64,000 nucleotides of DNA from Camelus ferus (GCF_009834535.1 NC_045696.1:113276001-113340000), one strand, 5' to 3'; numbered from the stretch's first letter, positions 13,740 to 25,287 are shown. Translations and numbers: made by a program. The notes: generated by a model from the letters alone, not told the origin.

Positions 13740-14790
13740 AGTCAAAAGGCCCCTGAAACCCAGAGAATGTGACTCGTACGCTGAGTCCTGAAGGATGAGA
13801 AGGGCCCTGCCCTGTGGAGGGACGGAGGGAGAGGCGTTTCAGACAGAGAAGAGCACGTGCAGGGTCCCTGAGTCACACAAGAAGAGCAGGGGTGCTCAAG
13901 GGCCGGCAAGGATGCCATTCTGGCTGCTGTTGCCGGTATGAGAGAGAGCGGGCAGAGGGGTTGACGTGAGGCGGGGAAGGGCCATCTTTTGGTGATGAGT
14001 TTAAATTTTACTCTAAATGCAGTGAAAAACCATGGCAGGTTTTAAGCAGGGAAGTGACATGATCCAGTGTGCAGTTTTTCAACCATGGCTCTGGTTGCTG
14101 TATCAGGAAAGAATGAAGAGGAGGGTACAGCTCAGTGGTAGAGCACGTGCTTAGCATGCCCAAGGTCCTGGGTTCAATCCCCAGTATCTCCTCTAAAAAA
14201 ATAAAATCAAACCTGATTGCCTCCCCCCACACACACAAAATTAGAAAGATAAATTAAAAAAAGAAAGAATGAGACTTTGAAAAGAGTGTTTTATATATAT
14301 ACACATATATGTCCCTGAATCACTGTGCTGTACAACAGAAACTAGCACAACATTATAAATCTAACTACACTGCAATTTAAAAAAAAAAGAAGAAGAAAAG
14401 AATTACAGTGAGGCCAGGCCAGTTAGGAGGCCATGTGAGGAGTTTGGTGAAGAGGCAGTGATGTTTTTGTCTAAGGTGATGGCAGTAGAGATAGAGAAGG
14501 GGTTGGATTAAAATATAGTTTGGAGGGAGAACCCGAGAACTTGCTGATGGACTGGATGTAGGTAGAGAGGGAGTGTGAGGGTCAAGGAGGGCGCCAAGGT
14601 TTTGGACTTAAGCCCCCAGGAGGGGGGTAGTGGTGAGATGGAAAGACCACAGGAGGAATGGGTTTTAGAAAGAATGAAGTCAGAGATGTCTGCTTGTTGC
14701 AAAGATGAGATGTCAGTGGATAGCAGGACACTAGGTTCTGATTTTCGGATTCTGTCATCCACATGTAACTGTTATTTAAAGCTATCAGGA
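13740..14790 (-). mobile_element. L2 relic interrupted by a SINE and an L1 tail
   Basis: Purine-rich L2-like motifs (GGTTTTAAGCAGGGAAGTGACATGATC; GCCAGTTAGGAGGC; ACTTGCTGATGGACTGGATGT). Confidence 0.55.
14117..14262 (+). mobile_element. tRNA-derived SINE (camelid vic-1-like)
   Basis: A/B boxes; TSD GAAAGAATGA at 14107-14116 and 14263-14272. Confidence 0.9.
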
Positions 14791-14807
14791 GGGGTGAGAT
14801 CGCCTAC

Positions 14808-15016
14808 AGCAGGGATGGCAGATTTTTTTCAAAATTGCCACATGCTAAATATTTTCACGGCCACGTGGTCTCTGTCACAGCGATGGCATGCTGCTGTTGT
14901 AGCGCACGGTAGATGCAGAAGCAGACACTGTGTAAACAAGTGAGCACGGCTGTGTTCCAATAAAACTTTATTTACAAAGCAGGTCCTGAGGCCGTATTTG
15001 TTCTGACTCCTGATCT
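14808..15016. mobile_element. MER58-like hAT DNA transposon relic
   Basis: CAGGGATGGCAGATTTTTTTC...GGCTGTGTTCCAATAAAACTTTATTTACAAA...CTGACTCCTG. Confidence 0.65.
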
Positions 15017-15229
15017 AGTGAAAATGTAGACTGAGAAGAGAAATATTCCAAGATAGAGCTAAGGCACTTCAATAATACTTATTACTATGTATATATAATT
15101 ATATCACTTACTATGCAGTCACTGTTCTAAGTGCTTTACTTATTTATATTTAACTCAATCTTTGCAATAACCAGTGAGGTGGGTACTGTTATTTCTATTT
15201 TACAAACAAAAAAACTGACCTAAATAACA

Positions 15230-15650
15230 AGTTGATTTCTTTCTCTTGAGGAAAAAAAAAAAAAAAACAATTCAGAGGTTGGCACTGAAGGCTAGTATGA
15301 TGATCCTATGGATTTCTGCAACCTAAACTCCTTCTAGTTTATTCTTCTGCCATCTCTAGATATGACTTTCATCCTCATGGACCAAAATGGTGGCTGGGAC
15401 TCCAGCCATCACATACACATTGCAGGCAGCAGGAAGAAATAACAAAAAAGAAGGAGAAGCAATTGGTATGCACCAGTCATCTTTTCAAGTTGTCTTCTAA
15501 ATTTCTTAGGTTCTGCCTTACAATATTTCTTTTTATTACATCTCATTGGCTAGAAGTTAGTCACACAGGCACACCCAGGTGTAAGGGAGACTAAGAAACA
15601 AGGGCCAACTAAAATTTAGAGGTTCTATTACTAAAGCAGAGTAAGAACCA
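15230..15650. mobile_element. MaLR (MLT1-like) LTR relic
   Basis: CAAAATGGTGGCTG...CCAGCCATCACAT...CATCTCATTGGCTAGAA...GTCACA...GTAAGGGAGACT motifs. Confidence 0.55.
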
Positions 15651-16493
15651 TCACTAGAGTAGAAGCTAGAAGTCTGGGACCAGTGGCATAATGTTCATTA
15701 TCTTACTTAATCACCTTTTTTGCAAGTATAGCTGATGACACTCCCCCGAAGGTGTTTCTGCTCAGCTGCCTCCCATCTCTGGCCTCCACTGTTGAAGTCT
15801 CTGTATTCTCTAAATGCCAGCTCACAGGGTACCTCTTCCGGGAAGCCCACCCCGGCTCCTGAGGCGGAGTCCTCCTGTGTTCCCATGGGGACGATTCTTG
15901 GCACCAGTGTTTTTAAAGTTTATGGGTGATTCCAGTGTGCAGCCTTATTTGAGAATTAACACAGTTGAAAACAGAAGAAAAGAGATTAAAAGAGAGAAAC
16001 AATTTTCCTCCTTGAGAGACACTGACAGCTTGTTGTTTACCTACGAGGTTTTCAAAACAAGATTGTTAGTCTCACCCTTTTAGGTTATTTCCTCGCAGCC
16101 GTGGACAGAGGTCTATTTATATAACAAATGATTATCGATTGAAACACTTCTAATTAGAATTGTTAAAGCCCTCCTGAGTTTATTTCAGGCGGTTTGATGC
16201 TCTATGGGTCAAATAACTCGTAAGCATCTCTCTAAGTAACCAAATTAGAGTAGTCAGCCAGGGAAAGAAGAAAACAGCCTTACTGACGCTCACCTCATTT
16301 GTGACCCAGAATATGTTTAAATTGCTTTATCGACTTCACGAAGAAGCAGGCCAGATCGATCACCAGTGGCAGCCGTGTGATTGCTTCTGGCGGGGTGTGA
16401 GGGGCTATATTTCAACTTCAGTGTGAGCGTTGAACTTCATTTCCAGCTAACAGTAATGAGAGTTTCACACCTTTATAAAAAGTATCCCCACTT

Positions 16494-16835
16494 GGGAATC
16501 TACAAAAAAAAAAAAAAAAGATACAAATGAATTTATTTACAAACCAGAAAATAAACTCACAGACATAGCAAACGAACTTAACGGTACCAAAGGGAAAAGG
16601 GGTGGGGGGAGAGGGATAAATTCAGAATTTGGGATTAACAGATACACACTGCTGTATATAAAATAGATAAACAACAAGGACCTACTGTGTAGCACAGGAA
16701 ACTATATGCAAGATCTTGTAATAACCTATAATGGAAAAGAATATATATATGTATGTGTATAATTGAGTCACTTTGCTGTACACCCAAAACTAACACATTG
16801 TAAATCAACTACACTTCAATTTAAAAAAAAAAAAT
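16494..16835 (+). mobile_element. L1 3' end
   Basis: GATACAAATGAATTTATTTACAAACCAGAA...GGACCTACTGTGTAGCACAGG...CAACTACACTTCAATTTAAAAA. Confidence 0.85.
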
Positions 16836-18779
16836 TTTTTTAAGAGTAATCCCCAATGGGTACAAGAAAGAGTGCATTTCAGAAACGTTTGTACTATCTT
16901 CCCCAAGAGATAAAAGTTAGCAGAGGAGTGGGTTCTCTTACATATGTTTCAAAGCTTTTTTCCTACTCAAAGATTTCTGAGGGAATTCAGGATTGTTTAA
17001 TTCAATAAAAATGCTGCTGGCTCTCGGCGGGTCTTTCAAAGGTTTGGTGAAAACTGAGAGGAAGAAAAGATTTTGCAAGGGCCATTCTCCACGACAGCGT
17101 GTAGATCCAGGTCTGGGACAGAGTAACACTGGCTTTTCCAGCCCGCTTAGAGATTTCAGAGAATTGTTTTTAAGTGTTGCTTTGTAAGGGAACTTAAGAT
17201 TCTGGCTTTCGTGGATACTGTTACTGGTGAAAAGCGAGAAATTGCTTGGATTTGTGCCTTCGGTGAAATCAGGAGCCAGGAAATGCACTGACTCGGCAAA
17301 GCTGCAAAATTGGATGGATTTGACACGCAGCTTCTAACGAGAGAGCGAGACCTCGGAACATATGTGTTTGCCAGGAAAGAAAACTGTTTTATTGAAAGGT
17401 TAATTTTCAGATTAGTTTGGGGAAATTGGAGATAAATAAATGAGATCAGGCAAAAAAAAACATAAGGCCTGGATCCTTTTTCCCGGGTATTTCAGAAAAT
17501 AGTCATTGCTTCCAATGAAATGTTTTGACATTTTCAGTAGGGAGAAAATGTGAATTGTAATGTGATGTGTGTGTGTTCTTAAAAACACTTATGAATAAAT
17601 CTTTTATTTGTTTTAAGAGTAACCAGAGAGTAAAGACACTGTTATAACGTGAGCTGTGATCTTCACTCCTCATGGTAACTTTTATGCTTTCTAGGATGGC
17701 GCATTTCATTTTCTGGGTTCAGATGTAGCAAAGTGGAGAAAATTCCCTTACTTGCTTTGTCGTTCCACTGCAGTCTTTCAAGGAGTCTCATTACTAAACG
17801 TCCAGCGGGTCTGCCTGGGTTTTTCTCCGTCACCTTGTCTCATCTGTTGCTTGTTCTCTAATTCTTAACCTTCTTCCCTTGAATCGATGGCCCTGTTGCT
17901 ACAGGTCTGAAATCGTCAGCCCTGACAGGCTCCCTTGCGTGGCAATGGTCCACCTGACTCTGTATATGGAATACACCTGCCATGAAGCCACTCGGGGGCA
18001 GGGACAGTGGTTGACCCTTTGAATCGCCATCTCTGCTCCCACCCACCTCCCTACTCTGTACTTAGCAGATGCCCCACAGATGTTTGCTGAATGACTGTAA
18101 TACCCTCCTTTCTCCGGTCCTATGTCCCTGCCCCAAAATTCCACATTGCAGTTGACTGGAACTTTGAGTCCAAAGCGGAGGTCTCACTGTTGAATATTAC
18201 AATATTACAATGTCTGTGATCCCTGAGGAGGGAAATACCAACAGGTCACACACTCGGGGACCAGCGGGAACCCAAATGCACATGTTACCCGCCCCCGCTC
18301 TGAGGCCAGCCCTGCAAACCGGGTCTCCAGTGGAAAGAGAAAGAACCTCTACCTTCAAAGAAAGCAGCCTCCACCCTTTCTGAATCACATTCTAGAACAC
18401 ATGTGCTCAGCTGATCCACATGGAGGAAACCCCGTCAGTCACTGTCCTAGCAGGCGTTCGTGCTCTGACTTGATATTTGATATTTATGCTCGAACTTAGT
18501 GAAAAGACATGGCGATTTTCCTTTTCCCTCTTGGATCACTCTCTTTAAATGTCAAACACGTGAATGCTGCTTAAACCACAATTAAGCGCGAGATCATCTC
18601 ACAAGCAGATTTGAATGGGAATAAAATGATAGTCGTACACGGTGCCCCACAGGCTACTGTGAGGACTGCTGTTAACCTCGAGGAGAAGGCGGGGACTGCT
18701 CGGACAGAGGGGTGTTCTTATTTAAGGGGGTGGCACGCTCTCCCCCTCGTGCTTATAAACACAACCAAGACAGAATGAG

Positions 18780-19680
18780 CCAAGGGAGGCTAAGCTCAGG
18801 GTCTCGTGTCGATTAGGCTAATGATGTAGCAAATCATCAAGTGCAAGGGAGCGGAAGAGAACTCGCCCGCCAGCACCAGTGGCATTTTCAGACGTGCCTT
18901 CCTTGGCCCGGTTTTTTTGCTTTCTCTCTTTGTTCCTTGGCGTGTTTTAAAAACCTGTGGGCCCTGTGTGTCATTAGGAAGATGGTCGGATCCTGCTTTA
19001 GAAGAAGCCAATCGGTGACATTCAACAACAGATGTAACCTCTACCATTTGTGCAACTAGATTAATATCCTGGAGTCAGTCATCAGGCCTGTTACTGCTGG
19101 ATTTTCTCTGGCCCGTGCTAATAAACTAGATTATTGATTTTAGGATTTTCGGTGTATCCAAGGATATTCTCTGAGATGTCTTTATAATGTTTCATGCTTA
19201 AGTTGTCAGCTGAAATGACATAACAGTGAGTAATCATTTTCTAATCATGTTGAAAGGGGTTAAAAAACAGCATATAAAACAAATCTTCCCAGCTTCGGAG
19301 TAACAGGGACTTCCTTGCTGTCCCTCCTCAGGCCGGGGCGGAGGTCGTCCCTACCTGCCTGCCCTCTTCCCCAGGAATTAGCTGCATTCGCAGCTTAAGA
19401 CCTTGGAGAGTCAGAAATCTGCTTTCCGATATGTCTGAATGGCAGGAGAGCTCCAAAGACACCTCGATCTAAATAGGATTTTAGCACATCAGGTGCCATC
19501 CCCGGGTACCGCGGGCTGGGTCGCCGTGCTGCTGGTGGTGTTTATTCATCTGTCCTCTCCTTTCATGTGTATGGATGCACGCTTCTCGCTGCATATGCCC
19601 GGCTCCCGGGGTGTATGGGCCGGCGATGCATGCATAGCGTGCGTGTGTACGTAAAGCAGAAACTGAACCAGGGGAGCAAA
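18780..19680 (+). promoter_or_regulatory. THRB: TRbeta2 alternative promoter and 5' leader
   Basis: Repeat-free segment upstream of the beta2 ATG with AGCCAATCGG (CCAAT 19008-19012), E-boxes CAGATG 19029 and CAGCTG 19207, TAATC/GATTA sites (18811, 19059, 19129, 19231, 19242) and TATAAAA 19273-19279. The TSS cannot be fixed from sequence. Confidence 0.7.
19131..19148 (-). promoter_or_regulatory. Composite Onecut + Otx2-type site (likely core of the ThrbCRM1 cone-progenitor element)
   Basis: + strand TTATTGATTTTAGGATTT = reverse AAATCC-T-AAAATCAATAA: an Otx-type AAATCC next to a consensus Onecut AAAATCAATA, about 540 bp upstream of the beta2 ATG. Confidence 0.65.
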
Positions 19681-20008
19681 ATGAACTACTGCCTGCAAGA
19701 ACTGTACGAGGTACACCCAGCTGCCGGCAGCAACTGCTACATGCAGGCCACTGATTATTACGCGTATTTCGAAGATAGTCCAGGTTACAGTGGTTGCACC
19801 GCTCAGGCTGTGCCCAGTAACAACATATATATGGAACAGGCCTGGGCAGTGAATCAGCCTTATACCTGTAGTTACCCTGGAAACCTGCTGAAAAGCAAGG
19901 ACTCTGACTTGGACATGGCCCTGAATCAATACAGCCAACCTGAATATTTCCCTGAAGAAAAGCCTACTTTTTCTCAAGGGCAGTCGCCATCGTCCTCTCA
20001 AAAAAAAG
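19681..20008 (+). CDS. THRB: TRbeta2-specific coding exon (N-terminal A/B domain)
   Basis: Translates MNYCLQELYEVHPAAGSNCYMQATDYYAYFEDSPGY...SPSSSQKK, recognisably the TRbeta2 N-terminus. Ends AAAAAAG|GTAGG (donor at 20009); 328 nt, phase 1, matching the next exon. Confidence 0.96.
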
Positions 20009-21479
20009 GTAGGGACCATTTTCCTTCCATTTGGTCAAAGTTTCCGGGTGGCTTTCCGTGGTGTTTTCAAGTTGCGGTTTGCATGGGCTTCGTCAAATCG
20101 TTGACTTTGAAGGCTGAACGTTTGACATTTAAAATAGCAGTAAAGAGAGGTTGCTAAGTGATTGAAAGGGGTCTGTGGCCGGCAAGGATTTCCAAGCACT
20201 TTTTTCCTTCCTCGATGCAAGCTGGTTTGGGTTTGGAAGCTGTGTGTAGACACATCCAGGTAGTCTGCGTGTATGCGTGTGTGGATATAACCTGCCCAAA
20301 GTGAAGATCGGCAGCTTCTTTGCTAAAGAAAACATGCAAAGGCTGCTGCTCGGTGGACGGGCACGGTGGCATTTGCAGTGCAATCATTCTCCTCAGCTCG
20401 GGTTCAGATTAAAAACTCATCTGACCGTTTCTTGGCACTTCATATTAAAAGTTTATTGTAGCCAACTGGTAAAATATTTTAGCGATTTTTTTTGTTTGTT
20501 TTTGGCCAGTGCACTAATGCTGATATGTCGGGATTTGTAAAAGTTCTTTTTAGTATATTTACGTAGCCACGTACGCTGGAAGGAAGCTGCTTGTACATGC
20601 TGTAAGAATATAAAACTCAAAAAGAAACTGATGCATTTGTCTTGCCATTGTGTCCCTAAAGTTGAACGTGTCTGCAAATCACAGCAAAGGAAACTGAAAC
20701 ATCTCTCAAAATATCCAATATTCAAACAAGTTCAATAGCCATTTATTTTAAAGGGCACTGTGGCTTTCCAGTGCTGTTAATTTTCTATCAGTAGAGCCTG
20801 TCTTGTATTACCAGAAAATAAATAAAAGAGGCAAACAGGAAGTACTCAAAGAACTTAAAAGCAACTGCCGGATAGAAATGTTTTGGAAAATAGCTTAAAT
20901 TCTAGTGCAAATATGCCAGGACCTCGTTTTTTGCTTGTTTGTTTGTTTGTTTTCTGTGTACAGTCTACAGGATATTGCAAAGGAAACCAAATGTATAGGT
21001 TTCTATAATCTGCAAGAATGCAATGCCCTTTGATCTTCAAAGATGAATTTCTCTGTGAAATTATCCTGAAACATAATGTGGTTTATTTGCTTGTGGCTCC
21101 TGTAAAAATTATCATTGGCTTTTCTAACTGTGACGCCACAATTAAAAGTAGCCAGTTTTGAAAACAATTAAACCAAATCTAAGAAAACAAACTACAACTA
21201 ATATCCCTTTTAGTTTTGATCACATGCAGTGTTTGTATTTTCTGTGCTAGTCTGTAACTTTCACATGTGAAATGTGAAGGGAATTACAACAACATAAAAC
21301 GTATTCAGAGTCGTCCATCTGCGTTTTCCTTGAGCTACACACCCTCTCAAAAAGCATCAGAATTTCTCGTTATTACAAGGGGCACACCATATCAGACCCC
21401 TAATGGGAACGTTTCAGACAGATTGAATATGTGCTTTCTATTTCATTTAATATTATACTTACAAGTAATTTACCTTTGA

Positions 21480-22250
21480 AAAAAAGTTAACATTGCCTCA
21501 TTGGACATGCCTAAATATGCCGTTCATAATGTTGCAGGATGTCAAGAAAATATTGGTCCGTCTCTGTATTTGGCCATTATGCTATTCTTAAAAATTCTTG
21601 CAAAACTTTGCAAGCTTTTACTCTTTTTTCTTTTGTCATTTCACCACGTTTTCTTCCACCAGCCCTAGAGAATATTTACTTATAAAATGTTAAACGAGCG
21701 ATTCTCTCCTAATTAACTTGACGCATGAACTGGAGGCTAAGACACATTGTATGCATATATTGATGTAATTTCTCAAAGCCATATGCCATTGAAAGGCCAC
21801 TGCCACCTGCCAAACTCACTAAATCAAAGCAGGCAAATATTCTTAAACGCGCCATTATTTACTGTTACACGTCTTTAAGTAAATCCCAGTAAAACTAAAC
21901 CCAGCTGTTAACTGTCTCTTAGGACAAAAGGTCGTACCCAACACATTTATCCATATTGATCCATCATTGATTTTTGTTGTTGTTGGCGGACATTAGTAAT
22001 ATCTCCTTAAGGCAAAATTAAGACTATAAACAGGTGTTCAGTGGGGCAGGCCTCATTATTCCAATTGGATTTTTATCCATTTTCATGAAATTCATAATTG
22101 CTTCATCTGCGCCTCTGCTGTCACTCCTGCTCTGTAAACTCTTCAATAATGCAGCTGTCTTAACTTTTTCATCATTTTTTTAAGGGTGGCTTATTCTCCA
22201 GCCTTTAATTGGAGTTTCCTAGTATGTAGAGAATGATTGTAATCTTGTTT
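21480..22250. promoter_or_regulatory. Candidate TRbeta2 intron control region / conserved enhancer
   Basis: Repeat-free intronic block downstream of the beta2 exon. Contains tandem Onecut-like ATTGAT sites (21955, 21966), E-boxes (CAGCTG 21902, CATCTG 22104) and several TAAT cores. An enhancer is known in this intron of mammalian Thrb; these limits are my inference. Confidence 0.45.
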
Positions 22251-23544
22251 TAAAAAAAAAAAAAGTATGTTAGAAGTACACAGAGACGAAATAAAGGAAG
22301 GCTACGAAGCCCAGTGACAAGACTGGTTATCTTAATAGTAGATTTTGGAGTGACTGCATTCTCTTTGTGTTGTTTTCTGATGTTTTTACATTTATAGCCC
22401 AGAGGGGGGAAAGTTACCAAGCTCCTGAAGTATTAAGAACATGAATTCAGAGTCAGAATTCAGCTGCTTGAATCAAACTTTTGTTTAAAAGACTTTAGGA
22501 ATGGGTGGAGGAAGGGGCAGTGTAATTTCCACATTAAGAGGGGCTGGAATGCAGAATGTGATATCTGTCAATTTTCTTATACTATGCGAGAAAACACATT
22601 TTTTTTAAATTTTTAAAAGTGATGGACAAATAAAAAGCACTCTAGCAAATCACTCAGAAGATAGGAGCTCCTAATTTTTTTTGTCTTTCAAGTAGCGAAG
22701 CGGTGATTTGTTATGTTAAAATCACCCACACAGTGGGCTCCGCCCCGCACTTCCTCCCTGGCCCCAGCTCAGGAGTCAGGGGAGAGGCAGTTTGGAAATG
22801 AGACCAAGGGGAAGGGCTTTGGCAGCCAGGGTGCTATGTCTTCTCCTTTGTGGCCGAGATTTCAGCATAGCTAAAAGCTGATATCTTTTTCTTTATTTTT
22901 TTTTTTTCTGGCGGGGGATGCTGGCTGTTTCCACCAGAAATTCCAATTACATTCCAAAGTCCCCAAACAGCTTGAGTCTGGCCGCACTGCGGGCAGCTTG
23001 GCCAGTTCGTCTCTGGGTCTGTTTTAACAGAACCCTTTGCTTGACATCCTCCGTACCATCTTTATAGGAATTGCATGTCCAAAAAGTAACCTCGTATGCT
23101 TGCATCGAAGCTGGTTATCATGTCCAAGAGAGAGAGTATTTCCTGGTTTTGAGCCAAGATCAAGGATGGGGTATGTGTGTCCTGTTCAGTTTCGGGGTTT
23201 CGATGGCACATGTGCTTGTTCGACAGCCACGTTCCTAGTATTACAGAAAGAAAAACTAATAACCAAAGCAGAAACTCCACACAGAGCTGTCCTTTCTGTA
23301 TCTGCTTTCACTGCCCCCTCTGTCTCTTGTCAGGAATCTAAATCTAAATTTTTTTTCACACTCTGTAGCTCTCTTGACTGCATGTGAATAAGTGTGTAGA
23401 CATTAGAAATGGAAATGAAATGGTAAAGTGGGGGATGTTTGAAGTGACCCACATCAAGAGCATTGGATTAAAAACAAGAGCTAAGCCCCAAAGAAATATG
23501 ATCTCTAATTAGAATTTCCTTGGCCTATTTTAAAGTTAAAGAAG

Positions 23545-24258
23545 CCATTACAGAAAACAGTATGGAGATTCCTCAAAAAACTAAAAATAGACTTACCATA
23601 TGATCCAACAATCCCATTTCTGGGTATATGTCTGGAAAGAACTCTAATTCAAAAAGATGCATGCACCCCAATGTTCATAGCAGCACTATTTACAGTAGCC
23701 AAGACATAGAAGCAACTTAAATGTCCATTGACAGATGACTGGATAAATAAATTGTGGTATATTTATACAATGGAATACTACTCAGCCATTAAAAAGAATA
23801 AAATAGTGCCATTTGCAGCAACATGGGTGGACCTGGAGGTCGTTATTCTACATGAAGTAAGCCAAAAAGAGAAAGAAAAATACCATATGATATCACTTAT
23901 ATGCAGAATCCAGGAAAAAAAAAAAAAGGACACTAATGAACTCATCTATAAAACAGAAACAGACTCACAGACATAGTAAACAATCATATGGTTACCAGGA
24001 GAAAAGGGAGTGGGAAGGGATAAATTTGGGAGTTGGAGATTTGCAAATGTTAACCACCATATATAAAAACAGATAAAATACAAATTTCTTCCGTAGAGCA
24101 CAGGGAACTATATTCAATATCTTGTAATAACCTTTAATGAAAAAGAATATGAAAACCAATATGTGTATGTATATGCATGCCTGGGACATTATGCTCTACA
24201 CCAGGAGTTGACACATCATAACTGACTGTACTTCAATTTAAAAAACGATAATAAAAAA
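23545..24258 (+). mobile_element. 5'-truncated lineage-specific L1 with ORF2 C-terminal remnant
   Basis: ORF 23728-23976 ([20 protein letters not shown]) is the L1 ORF2 tail; perfect 14-bp TSD TAAAGTTAAAGAAG at 23531-23544 and 24259-24272. Confidence 0.93.
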
Positions 24259-24725
24259 TAAAGTTAAAGAAGGGTTTGCTATACAGTAGAGTTGGGAATG
24301 GGAGGTTCCAAAGTCTGCTCAGGGGAAAAAAACATGTTACCCAAGAAACAACTATCCTTAAACCCTAGGATCACACTCAGACCAGTGAGAGGAAGGCAGG
24401 AAAGGAAACAAAAAAGGGGAAATTTTATGAGTCCATTGCCATAATCACTCCCAACCACGAACTTGAATATGAAACAATCGCAGTGTTTCAATTTCTCTGT
24501 CTCTCTCCTCTGCAGGCTTCCCCTCTTCGGCTCCCTCCCTAGGTCGTCCTCTTCCTTCCCCACTCTCTCCCACCCCTACTCTTCCTCTCTATTTGAACTG
24601 GTTTAATTTAAACACATATCTGATCAGTCCATTCAAAGAACTCAGTGTTGCAGGCATCATGTTTTTAAAATTTAATTCTTACGAGGTTAATGCAACTGCA
24701 GGTGTTTCTGCAATGCTTCTGTAAT

Positions 24726-25287
24726 TGTAAGGATGCTGATATCAGGTTAGGATTTCAAACGGGCACTGCCACCCATATAGTATTAAGAGCGAACACCACT
24801 CCAGGAAACAATAGAACCATTTAGAAACTTTTTTTTAATACAAAACACATTGACTGTTCAAAAGGTTAAATGCAAGTGCCTCTCAGCACCCAGAGTCCCT
24901 GCCCCTTCCCCAAAACAGTTGGAGTAATCCTCCTACTCAGTATATGGAGTTACGGAGCCCATAAAAACTGACAACTCCCCACCTTGTGGTCACTCTCTCT
25001 TGCCTTCTGAGATGGCCCGCACTCTGTCTATGGAGTGTGGATCTGCTTTTACTGCAAACTAAAGCCCCCACACCTCTCGGTCTCTCTCCCTCTCACCTTT
25101 GGAGATGGCCCGCGTTCTGCCTGTGGAGTGTCTGTCTCCTGAGCCGCTCTCCCTTCTGAGTGAGCTGGCCCACGTTCTATGATCCATGGAGTGTGCATCT
25201 CTCTGAATAAACTTGCTTTCACTTTACTAAACCTCACTCTTGAATTCTTTCCTGCGTGAGGCAAGAAACTGTTAGTCTCTGGCGACA
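24726..25287 (+). mobile_element. Solo endogenous retrovirus LTR (ERV1-like)
   Basis: Begins TGTAAGG and ends GGCGACA (TG...CA); flanks GTAAT/GTACT (near-TSD). AATAAA at 25206 is followed by CTTGCTTTCACTTT...CTTGAATTCTTTCCTGCGTGAGGCAAGAAAC, typical of an LTR R/U5. Three internal subrepeats. Confidence 0.75.

Noticed and set aside
1..19000. TRbeta1-specific N-terminal coding exon
   Set aside because: No frame resembling the TRbeta1 A/B region was found; it presumably lies upstream of the window.
20009..20157. Read-through of the beta2 exon ORF into the intron (ORF 19567-20157)
   Set aside because: A clear donor at 20009 splices in phase to 35417; the extra about 49 codons look like chance intronic read-through.
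25009..25195. Spaced repeats resembling a CRISPR array
   Set aside because: Only three diverged units with unequal spacing inside an LTR, in mammalian DNA with no cas genes.
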